A model generated the notes under the pieces. It was not told the origin of the DNA. It was given only the letters and a program-made list of their open reading frames with translations, and did not search any database. DNA of 63,527 bases, the filler included, from Octopus bimaculoides (taxonomy: Eukaryota): NCBI RefSeq assembly GCF_001194135.2. It is 5 parts of 5 records of this genome, joined end to end, with 100 filler letters (N's around TTAATTAATTAA, not from the genome) between each part and the next. Parts side by side here need not be neighbours in the genome. Positions count along the whole stretch, not along the records: positions 21,638 to 52,380 come from NC_068989.1; 4 more parts are not named here. One strand, written 5' to 3'. A program made the translations under genes and the position numbers. Numbering within the stretch: the stretch's first letter is position 1; each line of letters opens with the position of its first letter. Shown one piece after another: positions 37,866-48,793 of the stretch.

Positions 37866-38377
37866 TCCTTCGTTTTAGCCCGAAGAAACGTCAGATGGAT
37901 CAGCTGGTTGTTCGTTAATTTCCGTAAAAATTTTTATGTATTTACTTTTGTTTTCATGACATGTGGAAGGTGACATTTGCTTTGAAGTTGAACAGAAAGA
38001 GAAAGAGAGGAGAATGTGAAAGATGTATCACACACATGCACACACGTACAAAAAAAAGTTGCTTGCATATGTGTACATGTACATGAGAGATAATGGATGT
38101 ACGTGTGTGTTTGTGTGCTGAACACAACACGTGCGTTCGCACGCACACATACAGGTACGCACACGTACACCTACTATCTTTCATATATACGTACATTTCA
38201 TATACACGCACATACATCTTTCACTTTCTCCTCTCTTCCACTTTCTGCTCTCACTTCAAAGTAAATGTCGCCTTCTATACGTCATGAAAACAAAAGTAAA
38301 TAAATGAATAAAAATTTACGGAAATTAACGAAAAATCAGCTGATCGATTTGACGTTTCTGCAGGTTAAAACGAAGGA
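37866..38377. mobile_element. Foldback/MITE-like element with ~165-bp imperfect inverted arms
   Basis: 37866-38028 is the reverse complement of 38212-38377; no TSD found. Confidence 0.75.
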
Positions 38378-40309
38378 AAGACGTTATTTTAAAGGTCGCA
38401 GTGAAGAAAACGCTTAAAAGAAAAGAATATTGAACTATTCCCTTCAAACTTTGCTTTTGTGACCTGGACATCAATGTTTGAAACTGACCTATTTTCCTTT
38501 ACATTTCAGAAGAGATTCAGTTCTGAGTTGCTAAAGCAGAACTATCATTATAGCAAATATTCTGCTCAATACCATATTTGCTTGACCTTAACCAGTTGAG
38601 CATATCCCTTAGTGACTGACGATGTGTGCATCTCTGATCATGATCAGGAGTAGTGGGGATGCATCATAGCTATGTATTGAGAAGGATTCTTTAGGGTTTG
38701 AATAAATGGAACAAAAGTAAAGTTTGAAGGAAATATTAGCCATTTTTCATACTTTCTAGGAATAAGCAAATAGAGAAAGAATAACAGTAGCTATCCAAGA
38801 ACAAAAATCGTTACACAATGTCATTTGCCCATACCGCACCTAGAAATGTTTTGATTTATTTCTTATTACTGCACACTTTATGCTTTAGGCTTATTAACGA
38901 CAACACTAATCTGTACATGTTGACTTTAAAACACGTAGAATATGGTCAACTTTTACTTTAAGTGAGCAAGTAAAGGCACTGCAGCAAACACTGCATTTCT
39001 TCAGCGCATCGTAGTTCAAATAAACTGAAAATGACCCAGAGAGACAAACAGTATTTTGAGACAAGGCTTATAATTAGGATTTACAAGAAGTAGGTACCAA
39101 CTTCTATGGCATATAAGATAACATATCGTCAGAAACAGCAGTAAAATCTCCCACAAATCACAACTCATGGTCTTGAAAATATGAAAGGACTCACTGAATG
39201 ATGAAGTCTGTAATGGAAAATATTTTGAAGGGGTAACAAAGTTTCTCTCAGGAAAGTTTCTCTCCGAAAACATGAATACTTAAATGCTAGTTATTGGTAT
39301 ATACAGTTATTTTCTGAGACACTTGAAAATTCCCAATTTGGGTACGATATATCCTGCACACCCCTCTTGTGCGCGTAGTCTTTAGATATACTGTGTCTGA
39401 TGAGGGGAGGGTTGCAGGTGGAATGCTTCATCAGAATTCACTTGAGATTAAGCTACATAACAACAGTGGGGATTGGCGTTAAGGTTAAAGTTTAATCTAA
39501 GAGTAACTAATGTTTATTTGATGTCTCCCAAGCTTTCTGTTTTATTGTTTTGGAGCACCGATGCTTTGTTTTCCCTTTAATGGGATACATATTTAATGTC
39601 TACCCAAATGCCATATTTTTCAGTTCGGCTCAGCAGGATTTGAACTTTAAATGCAACGAGTTAGAATAAATACTGCAAAGCATTTGCATGACTCTGTCAT
39701 AATTCTTTTAAAAATCTGTCCGTCAGAATGAAAAGATCGCATAGTTCTACGAATCGACCGCCCTCCTAGCGAACTAAAAGTAGTCATACCAAAAGTGTAT
39801 TGGAATTAGGTCACAGACAAAGGGTGTCAAGTTCATTTCGACGCCCGTTTGTGTCTATTATCTGTAGGTAAATCACCAGTACAAACCATTAGCTTATTAA
39901 GAAAATGACTGATCTGGTAGTTTTGAAAATATAAAATGTATTTAGTAGTATCAGAATATCTAAAGTCAATGATGATGATGACGATGACTGAGAGAAGGAT
40001 GGTGATGAATGGTTGAAAAGTTGATTACAAGTGTGGGACTATGAAGAAATGCATAAGCTACTATCCATTTGAGAGAACCAGTGGCCACTATAACAATAGT
40101 AGAAAAAGAATTACAGACAGTAAAGATTAGAATTAAGGTTAAAGTTTAATGTTTGTTTACTGTCTTCTAAGCATTATATTTGTTGTTTTGGAGTTAAGGT
40201 CAAAAATTAATGTTTATTTTGTTTGTTTACTGTCTCCTGATCTTCCTATTTTGGGCAGTCTTTGGTCCTGCAGATAATATGTACGTTAACATAAAAGCAA
40301 TAGTGTAAT

Positions 40310-40480
40310 TAATGGGGGCGGTAGAGGCGGCACTTTTGGGTCAGCTGTAGGCAATATGTGTTTTTTGTGGAGTCCGGGGTGCGTCAAACTGAAGGGCCGC
40401 CCCGGGCGCGAAATTTTTTTCCCACGAGAGTTTCGGACCCCAGTTATGAACTCATTTGCATACAGCCAATGAGCGCATAA
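40310..40480. promoter_or_regulatory. CpG-rich promoter-like module: GC boxes, E2F site, octamer, CCAAT
   Basis: GGGGCGG at about 40315, GGCGCGAAA at 40405-40413, ATTTGCAT at 40454-40461, CCAAT at 40466-40470. Confidence 0.5.
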
Positions 40481-40805
40481 CAAGTGATGGGTGATAAGAT
40501 AAGGTCACTTGGGTAAAGAATGACCATGCTTCTTTTCTCTTTTGATAATGCTTGTTGTTCTTGTTTCAACCATGGCTGCCTCTGCGTAGTTATTTGTGTT
40601 GTTTACTTTGTAAAACATTAAGGGAAGAGGGTTGCTAGCACATCACCCTCTACCTACATTTTCCCCATCCACATCTTTACTATATAGGGTCCTAACAAAA
40701 TCCGATAATAGGTATAGATGCAAATCTATCTAATTACTTGTCTCCTTCTAATATCAGGCATAACTTGGCGTTCGGTTGACTTACTACACTGTTCTTCGTC
40801 TTGAG

Positions 40806-41939
40806 CATAGCTTCCCAAAGTGAGCGATATCGCCCACCGGTGGGCGTTTTCAACTTACATGTAGGCGATGGACGAATTTCTAGAAAATGATGGTCGATTT
40901 TGAGATTTTAGTGGGCGATATGAACATTTTGTGGGTGACAATGAATTTTTAGAAATTGCGCCTGCATTTACTTATATCTAGGCATGCCTAGAATAAGGAT
41001 ACACTTTTATCGATTTGACTACTCGCATAAGGCGTCCCTATGTATTAAAAACGCGGACTTGTTTATCGATCGAATATTTTTGTCAGTCATTGAGATGGTT
41101 GTCATGCGTGCTAAAAATAACAGCCAAATAGGCCTAAGCCTTAAATCACATTCCACTACAATTTTTTTTTCTGCATAATCGTATGAAGTTCCACGCGTAG
41201 AATTCAAATTCGCATAAATTTCCCCAAAACTCCGAAAAATAAAAGAAGTTATGCGAGGTTATATGTCGTGCGTAATTCTGTGTTTTCATATCAAAACACT
41301 AGTGCTATTTTCAGGATGTTGACAAAATGGGCAGTCACACACAAAATGACAGCTTTGAAATCGTGTTTCTTGACTAAGTGAAAATGATCAAACTTTAAAC
41401 CTCTATAACTTTTTAAAAACATTCTTTTGGAAAAAGTTGAATAACTCCAGCAATTCAGCTTGGAAAGGTGCATCAATGTGCCGAATTTTAAAATTTTCGA
41501 TAAACTTTGATTTTTGAAATGCTGGCAGCCAAACGAACTAGATCCGTATTTACTCCAGTAAAGACGTGTCATCTGACTCTGCTCTATTGACTTCTCTTTG
41601 GGAATACCATACTGCCTTTCTGACGCCATCTATAGAAATTCGTTTTCACATTTCACTTTACTGATGCTTCCAGAACGTTAGAATTTTATTGACACTAATG
41701 GCAAAACTAAACCCACAATAAGGGATTTGTAAACAACCGCATATTTAGTACAAACATCACTAACAGGGCAACAAGTCTATGATATAGTGTGTATGTCAAA
41801 TGATACGGGGCGGGGGGTGCTAGGGATTTTGTGTTGGTGTGTGTCGGGATTTTTTTTTTACACAGGTGGGCGATGGAGCATTTTTTGGCTGATAGGTGGG
41901 CGGTATTACAATTTGGCACGAAAAATTTGGGTAACACTG
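40806..41939. mobile_element. Non-autonomous hAT element with perfect 8-bp TSD; interior possibly a nested element
   Basis: Ends CATAGCTTCCCAAA / TTTGGGTAACACTG; GTCTTGAG duplicated at 40798-40805 and 41940-41947. Confidence 0.85.
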
Positions 41940-41984
41940 GTCTTGAGTTTCCTTGGTAGAGTGTGTTTGTTAACTTGACAACAA

Positions 41985-42030
41985 GGTCAAGGTGAGCTCT
42001 GATTGGCTGTATGCAAATGAGTTCATTTGC
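41985..42030. promoter_or_regulatory. Mirror-image CCAAT+octamer module
   Basis: 42002-42026 is the exact reverse complement of 40446-40470; nuclear-receptor-like CAAGGTCAAGGTGA adjacent. Confidence 0.5.
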
Positions 42031-42504
42031 CCTCCGGTTGGCATACACTCTACCTATGCTAGTGCACCGAAAATTGCTCTGTTTTGTTCCTTTGGAGTAT
42101 TACTGGGCTTTTGTTTGTTTGTTTTTTAATTGGATGTAAATGTAACATCTGTCCAAATCACATATTTTGTGACAAATATAAATCTCACTTGTACACGTTC
42201 AGGCTTGTTAAAACAACGTAAGGAGTTTCCAACAGTTTAAACTTCCATAATATCTTAAGTAGGCAAGATCCCCGGATAAAACAGCACAAATGCAAGTTAG
42301 TGCTTTAAGCCTGTCAGGAATTAAATCTTGATTAATCAACTGAATGATTTTTTTTTAAAGTTTTGGTTTGTGTGTTAACAGTCTTCCCTTATTGGTCTTA
42401 TGTGAATTTTATAGAGGACTAATAACTGATCAAAGCTATATATTTTTTAGTTATAAAGAAGAAATTTAGTCTTTATGGTTGAGTTTTGACAACATTATAT
42501 ATAT

Positions 42505-42800
42505 GGAGTTGCTATGACATCATCGGATTCAGTTCCACTGTGTGGCACATGGGCAAGTGTTTTCTACTTTAACCCTGGGCAGATCAACTAATGCCCAATG
42601 CCTTGGGAGTGAATTTGGTAGATGGAAACTGTGTAGAAACCCATTGTGTGTGTGTGTGTGTGTGAATGTGTTCATATATCTTTGTGTTCATCCCCCAACA
42701 CCACCACTTGACAACTTGTGTTGGCCTGTTTACATCCTTAGTGGTTTGACAAAATAGACAATGGAAAGGTACTTGAGTTAAAAAATAAGTAGGGGTGGTG
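42505..42800 (+). mobile_element. Family B SINE
   Basis: TTCAGTTCCACTGTGTGGCACATGGGCAAGTGTTTTCTAC..GAGTGAATTTGGTAGATGGAAACTG. Confidence 0.8.
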
Positions 42801-43207
42801 CAGAATAAGTAATCTTTACTGCATTTTTGACCTTGAAAAAAAAATCTTTTTTTGAAAATGTTCACTACCTTACAAAAACTATATCAGCTATGCAAATAAT
42901 CTCTAAACACTATAGCATATTCAGAACACTATTTCAAAAATTATCACTGTTCTCTGAGCACATTAAAATAAAAATTTAGCTAGGGCAAAATGAGTGAGAC
43001 CAGGATAAGGTAAATTTGACTCTTCAATTACATTTGAAAAAAGACTCATACACTTAATATCCATCCTCAGACATCAGGAAGATCAGAAATGCAACAAAAA
43101 TTTAAAATATGAGTCAAATGAAAGAAGATCATGGAAAAATGGCACAAGATCTGAAATTAAGGAAACTCAACTAAATCTAAAAACTCAACATAAAATATTC
43201 TCTATAG

Positions 43208-43248
43208 CTTCTTCGCAATCTGTTGGAGTGGCTGTCTTTCCAATATAT
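43208..43248 (+). CDS. Candidate exon (LLRNLLEWLSFQY), phase 0-2
   Basis: Acceptor attctctatag, donor gtatgc; unidentified peptide. Confidence 0.25.
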
Positions 43249-43815
43249 GTATGCACCGTGCAGTTGAGATGAAATTATTGAAATTAATCATTGTTCATTT
43301 TACCCCATTTTGGACATCATTTTTTGAAAATTGAAAATTATTAAGCTGGACATTAATGTGGGGAAAAAATTAGCTTGAAATCCAACAGAGAAAAGAATAC
43401 TGATTGTTAAACACCAAAATTACCCACATACTTTATTAGCAACCTCAATTACAATTAGGTCAAATTTGAAAAATTTCTTGAAAAATAAGTATATCACCTG
43501 ACTATGTTTCAAACTCTCTTAACTCCAACAACAACTATGCTGACCAATTTTTATCTTCAAAGATGATGCAACAGTACAAAATGATGATGCAATACTTGCA
43601 ATGTAATGATTTCAAACAGGTAGGGAAAAAATAATGAGAAACCAGAAATTACTCATTTTGCCCCAGTTAATAAATTTTCGACCTCTTCCCCTACAGGGGT
43701 CAATTTGTTCAACTAAAACCTTTAAGGCAGTACTCCAGCATGGTTACATGTGAAAGAGAAAAATTCTTTGGCTCCCTTCTAAAAAGGTTCTGACACCATT
43801 GCTGCTAATCCAGAT

Positions 43816-44198
43816 CAGTGGTTTTCAACTGGGATCCATATGGCCCTTGAGAGTCCTTATAAGATTTTGTGGTGAGTCCATGCAACAAAATAATAAATTG
43901 GGGACCCACGATAGTATTTTAAAGGCCCTTGAAAAAATTATGCTTTAGATGTATGTATTGGTATGCATTGCAAGAAACAGCTAGGTTTCTTTCTCTAACA
44001 TTTTACAGAGTTCAGCCTACAGTTAGCATGTAGAAAACTGAAGAGAAATTTTGAAAGAAGTTTTTATAAAACTAGTTTTTAAACATTGAACGGCTATGGA
44101 TGTGTGTGTGTGTGTNNNNNNNNNNNNNGGGGGGGGGGTTCCACCAGAATAATAGCAATCAAAGGGGTCCATAGATTAAAAATGGTTGAGAACCCCTG
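43816..44198. mobile_element. hAT-type MITE
   Basis: TIRs CAGTGGTTTTCAAC / GTTGAGAACCCCTG; TSD ATCCAGAT / ATCTAGAT (7 of 8). Confidence 0.8.
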
Positions 44199-45339
44199 AT
44201 CTAGATTGAATGTGTTGCAATTGTTGCTAATACAATGTTTCTCTTCACTAGTTATACTGTTGAAAGAATTTGAAAAATCTGCTGCCATGTTTGTATTGTT
44301 CTCCTTAGTCTGTATTTGGAGTAAACACTTAACTCATATATTTGCAACTTTCCCTCTATTCAAAAATTTTATTTTAAAATCATTTTTGCATAGATGCTGA
44401 AGTTTACCTTACAAAAGATTCCACACAACTGGGACTGAATGACTCAGCCACACCTGCACTATATCATCATCATCATCTTCATCATTGTTATAATTATTAT
44501 CATCATCATTTTAATGTTCGCTTATTTGATGCTTCCATGAGTCAGATGGAATTTATTGAGGCAGATTTTTTTACAGTTAGATGTCCTTCCTGTTGCCATT
44601 CCCTATAAAAAAAAACTTGTACTTTATTTATTGACTCCCAAAAGAATGAAAGGTGAATTTGATTTTGGTGGGATTTGAACTGATAGCTCTGAAAACCAGA
44701 AGGAAAACTGCAAGACATTCTAATAGCTCAACCAATTTACCATCTATATTAGATAATCTAGTCCTAAATATCTTTAACTCTTTTGTTACCATATTTCTAT
44801 TGAAATATACTGTCTTTGTTTCAATTAATTTTGAAAATGATGAAGAATTTAATAAAATAAGTATGTCATTATTGTGTTTATAACATAAATTACGCATAAC
44901 ATGAAATTTTGGTGGAAGATTTTAATTTAGATCACTTTAAACAAGAGGTTTGTACCAGGAGAAATCTCAGGTAGGTTTGTATTAAAAGGGACAGTCACAG
45001 CAAGAATGCCACTGGTCATATGTCTGCATTAGATCTGGGACTAAGCAAAAACAACAACAACAACACAAGAAGGAAGTTTGGATTTAATTACTTCAGTGTT
45101 CATGACCTCGTCATAGATTTCTTTTTTCTTTTCCTTATCACTGAGGACAAGAGGATCTATATCATTTCAGACACTTTGTAGTATAGATATGATATAGATA
45201 AATATAGATATAGCTGTAATATAGATATAGATATTTGACATGCATTGTGGAAGTTTTGAAACTTTTTAGTTAAGGCAGTTGTAACTGTCCTAGATTATTG
45301 TAATTTTAGTACATTATTACTCTACATCTAATAAGCTGC

Positions 45340-46072
45340 TAACTTTTGCTATTGCAAATTGAAGCAGATGGCTGCAACAGCATTTTGAACACATTCTACT
45401 AAATGCTGTTTGTCACAGGTGACTGGTTTGCAGAATGCAGTTGGGATAGGAAGACAATTTGGAAACTCACTATGCAATAAAGTTTTGTGTTAAACTGGGT
45501 AAAGGTGCTACAGAAGAAGCTTATGAAATGCTCCGAGCTGCTTATGGATTAATTTCATGAGCCAGCATTTATTTTTTGCTGGCACATGAGGCCAATCAAA
45601 GCAAGTCGACCAGGAAGCTCATTATGATCCCTCTTTTCAACAGCAAGAGCATCCTCTACATCCACTGGGTTCCCTCTTGCTAGACAGTCAACAAAGAGTA
45701 CTATGTGAAGGTTTTGAGGGAGTTCAGGAAGAGATTTTATCACAAAAGACCAGAGCATTTGCATCAGGACAATGCACCTGTCCACAATTTCAGAGATGAG
45801 CATCAAAACTGTCCCTCACTCTCCCTGCAGTGTAGATCTTGTTCGTTGTAACTTTTGATTGCTCCTCAAGCTGAAGGAAGTTGTGACAAGGGTCCTGGAC
45901 ACTTTCATGATAGAGGACTTTCATGGGGGCCTTCATGAAGCGGCTGTAGTGCTACAACAAGTGCATTGAAGTCAGCTGATTCTACTTTGAAGGGGATTAG
46001 AGTTTTGTAGTTCATTGAAATCAATAACATTTCTCCTGAAAAAGTGTCAAAACTTCTGGAATGCACCTTGTA
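45340..46072 (+). mobile_element. Mariner transposon remnant, internally deleted
   Basis: YAIKFCVKLGK N-terminus; TVNKEYYVKVLREFRKR, LHQDNAPVH and PHSPCSVDL motifs; right end TTCTGGAATGCACCTTGTA. Confidence 0.8.
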
Positions 46073-46180
46073 ATGCAGATAAATGACAAGGAAAATCAGG
46101 ACAAGACAGATAACTATGTGTCAAGTCTGAACAAAGATAAATGTGGCTAGTCCTGTATGTATGTGTGTTTTATGATTTAG

Positions 46181-46215
46181 TCAACAGGAGAAAGGAAGTG
46201 CCCACAACCTATTTG
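46181..46215 (+). CDS. Candidate short exon (acceptor 46181 or 46188; frame ambiguous)
   Basis: Acceptor gtgttttatgatttag, donor TTG|gtgagt. Confidence 0.3.
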
Positions 46216-46274
46216 GTGAGTTTCCAAAGTTTAAGTAAAAATGCAAAAGTGAAACCATTATACACATTCCCAAG

Positions 46275-46322
46275 AATCCTATGGAACAGAGCCTTGCATT
46301 ACATGAATTTTATGACAGATGG
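46275..46322 (+). CDS. Candidate 48-nt exon (NPMEQSLALHEFYDRW in frame 0)
   Basis: Donor TGG|gtaagt; acceptor cattcccaag is weaker and implies a 59-nt upstream intron. Confidence 0.3.
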
Positions 46323-46334
46323 GTAAGTGTTTTT

Positions 46335-46600
46335 AGTTTTGATGATGGCAATGATGATGAGGATGATGATGATGATGATGATTGATCCCTAGCTGGTGAC
46401 AGGAGCTGGGAGGCTGTGTTCTCAACCAATATACTGCTGTGGATTGCTGCTGGATGATGGACTCTAATGATGATGTTATTCTACACTTTCTGATCCATGA
46501 CACTGGCCTTAGCATGCTTGAGGTCAAGGCACCGTGACTCCAGGTCTTCCTCAAATTGTTTCACTCTTGTCTTCTTTGCACTGCCACCACAAAAGTTCAT
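46335..46600 (-). mobile_element. RTE-type LINE 3' remnant with (CAT)n tail
   Basis: KKTRVKQFEEDLESRCLDLKHAKASVMDQKV followed by CAT repeats on the minus strand. Confidence 0.5.
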
Positions 46601-47763
46601 AGTTTTACATAGAAAATGAAATGTCATCATCTTCACCCCTACTACCACCACAACCATCACCATCATCGTTGTTTTTATCCTTGTTATGGCCCCATGTGAC
46701 TCCTCTTCAGCAAAAAACTTGTTCTGTTCTGGTCCCTTCTTTCATACTTTAAGCCTCTCACCTCCTAGCATAAAGGTACCTTCCTCTCTACTGCAGCCCC
46801 ACTCAGTCAAAGGGAATCTTAGTTTTGGGAGCTGTATGATGACCTCACTAGTGCTGGTGCTATGGAAAAAGTACCCAGTACATGCTGTACCCAGTGGATG
46901 GCTTTAAGAAGGGCATCCAGATGTAGAAACCATGCTTAAGCAGACACTGGGACATGATGTAGTCCTCAGACTCATTGGTCAGCATAAAAGATGGACATTA
47001 AATGATGATAATGATGATGAATCATCTTGTGAATATCAATCAATCCTTGGTTTTTGTCTCTGTCTCTTTCTTTCACACACACACATACTTTGTTTCTCTG
47101 GAATATACTGTCTTTCTCATGCACACATTCTCTCTCTCTCTCTCTCTTCCATATGTACTCTCTCACGTATTCATGTTCTTAGTCTCTTACAGTCATATGT
47201 ACTCACTCTCTTACTCATATTCTCTTTCTCTCTCACATACATTTTCTCTTGTATGCACATTCCCATGTAGCCACATACATACACGCACACATACAGCCTC
47301 TATCTCTATCTCATAGTTCCTTATCACAACCATCATACACTAAGCAGATGTTTTCACTTTATTTCTCTTTGGTGTATTCATGTAAAAGCTATGGCACTTG
47401 TCCAAGAGTTGGGTCTCTGTACTGATAGAAAATCTCATGTTTGTAAATGTGAAATCTGTAACCCATAGGGTAATGTAGTCCTACAAACCCTAAAAAATAC
47501 AGAGTTTGTTTTTGTTTTTTTTGGTCACAAGCCTGCTTGATTAAGTTGGCTTAGGCCTCAATAATGATAACTCTGTTGTATCATACAGGATGCAGCAAAA
47601 AAAAAACCCTCAAATCCACCCATTCTTGATAAAAGTTTCAACAGCAAATGAACAGTACACTGCTAATTGTAAGACGAATGGTAAAACATTAGCTACATGA
47701 AGATTTTGTTATCTCCTGATTAACTTTACTGGCACCACATAAATGACGGTGTAAAATACAGGA

Positions 47764-47911
47764 GAAGTAGTTGTATGCTGTCAACTTAATGTGGACAGTC
47801 CCTTGAAGGGAATAATACTACCAAGGAAGCTGCACCGCTTCCTGTCGGCCTTGACACATTTCCTGTGTCCTTATGGACTGTCACATTAAGTTGACAGCAT
47901 ACAACTACTTC
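47764..47911. repeat. Near-perfect 37-bp inverted repeat with structured spacer (MITE-like)
   Basis: 47764-47801 versus 47875-47911: identical except one extra G. Confidence 0.9.
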
Positions 47912-48220
47912 ATCGTGTCACTACTGCAGAGATTTAGAAATGTATTATTTCTAAAAATACAGAAGGTTTTTCCACTGCACCTTGCATTGTAGCATATATT
48001 GTGCTCCTGTGAGATCACAACACTGCTAGGGGTCACTACCATACAAATTCAAAACTACTCTTCTATACCACTAGAGAAAAAAAAATTACTAACCTCTGAC
48101 TGAAAATTAAATGAATACTAATAGTTACATATTTATTATGCTAATAACGTTAGCATCTACCCTTTACTTTTCATGAGGGAATAAATTAACACTGTTCTGA
48201 GTAGCTTTGTCATTTTACAG

Positions 48221-48333
48221 TTACAGTTCATATCATAGATGCTAAAACATTCTCTATTGAAGCTAATAAATTGTTCTGCAAAAACATGCTTCCCAGGGAA
48301 ATTTCATCAATTAAAGTTACATACAAATGTTAA
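48221..48333 (+). CDS. Candidate terminal exon (TVHIIDAKTFSIEANKLFCKNMLPREISSIKVTYKC*)
   Basis: Acceptor ctttgtcattttacag; only one open frame; unidentified. Confidence 0.2.
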
Positions 48334-48732
48334 TTTATGCATTCTTATATATGTGAATGTATTACTGCATGTTGTATCTCCATGTCAATGTTTTGTTGTT
48401 TTTTGTTTTATTACTTTTTGGTGTTCATTTAGGAAGTGTTTACTGAAAAATCTTTTTATCTTAAACTTGTTTAAGTCATTGGGTATGATCATGCTGGGGT
48501 ACCTTGAAGGATATAGTGAAACAAATGCATACACCCCCACCTCCCAAACTTATTTTTTTCAAGCTTGGAACTTGTCCTATCAGTTCTTTTGCTAAACCAC
48601 TGTGTTATAGGGATATAAAAAGGCCAACACTGGTGCAGGTTGGGGGCAAACACAAAGACACACTCACACATAAATACATACGCCCACAGGTGTGTGTGTG
48701 TGTGTATACATATATATATATGTGTGTGTGCA

Positions 48733-48793
<61 letters not shown>

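Noticed and set aside
39385-39432. CTGATGA on both strands forming a small hairpin
   Set aside because: No GAAA follows in either direction, so it is not a hammerhead.
43190-43270. YIGKT GIY-YIG-like peptide on the minus strand
   Set aside because: No other GIY-YIG motifs nearby; a five-residue chance match.
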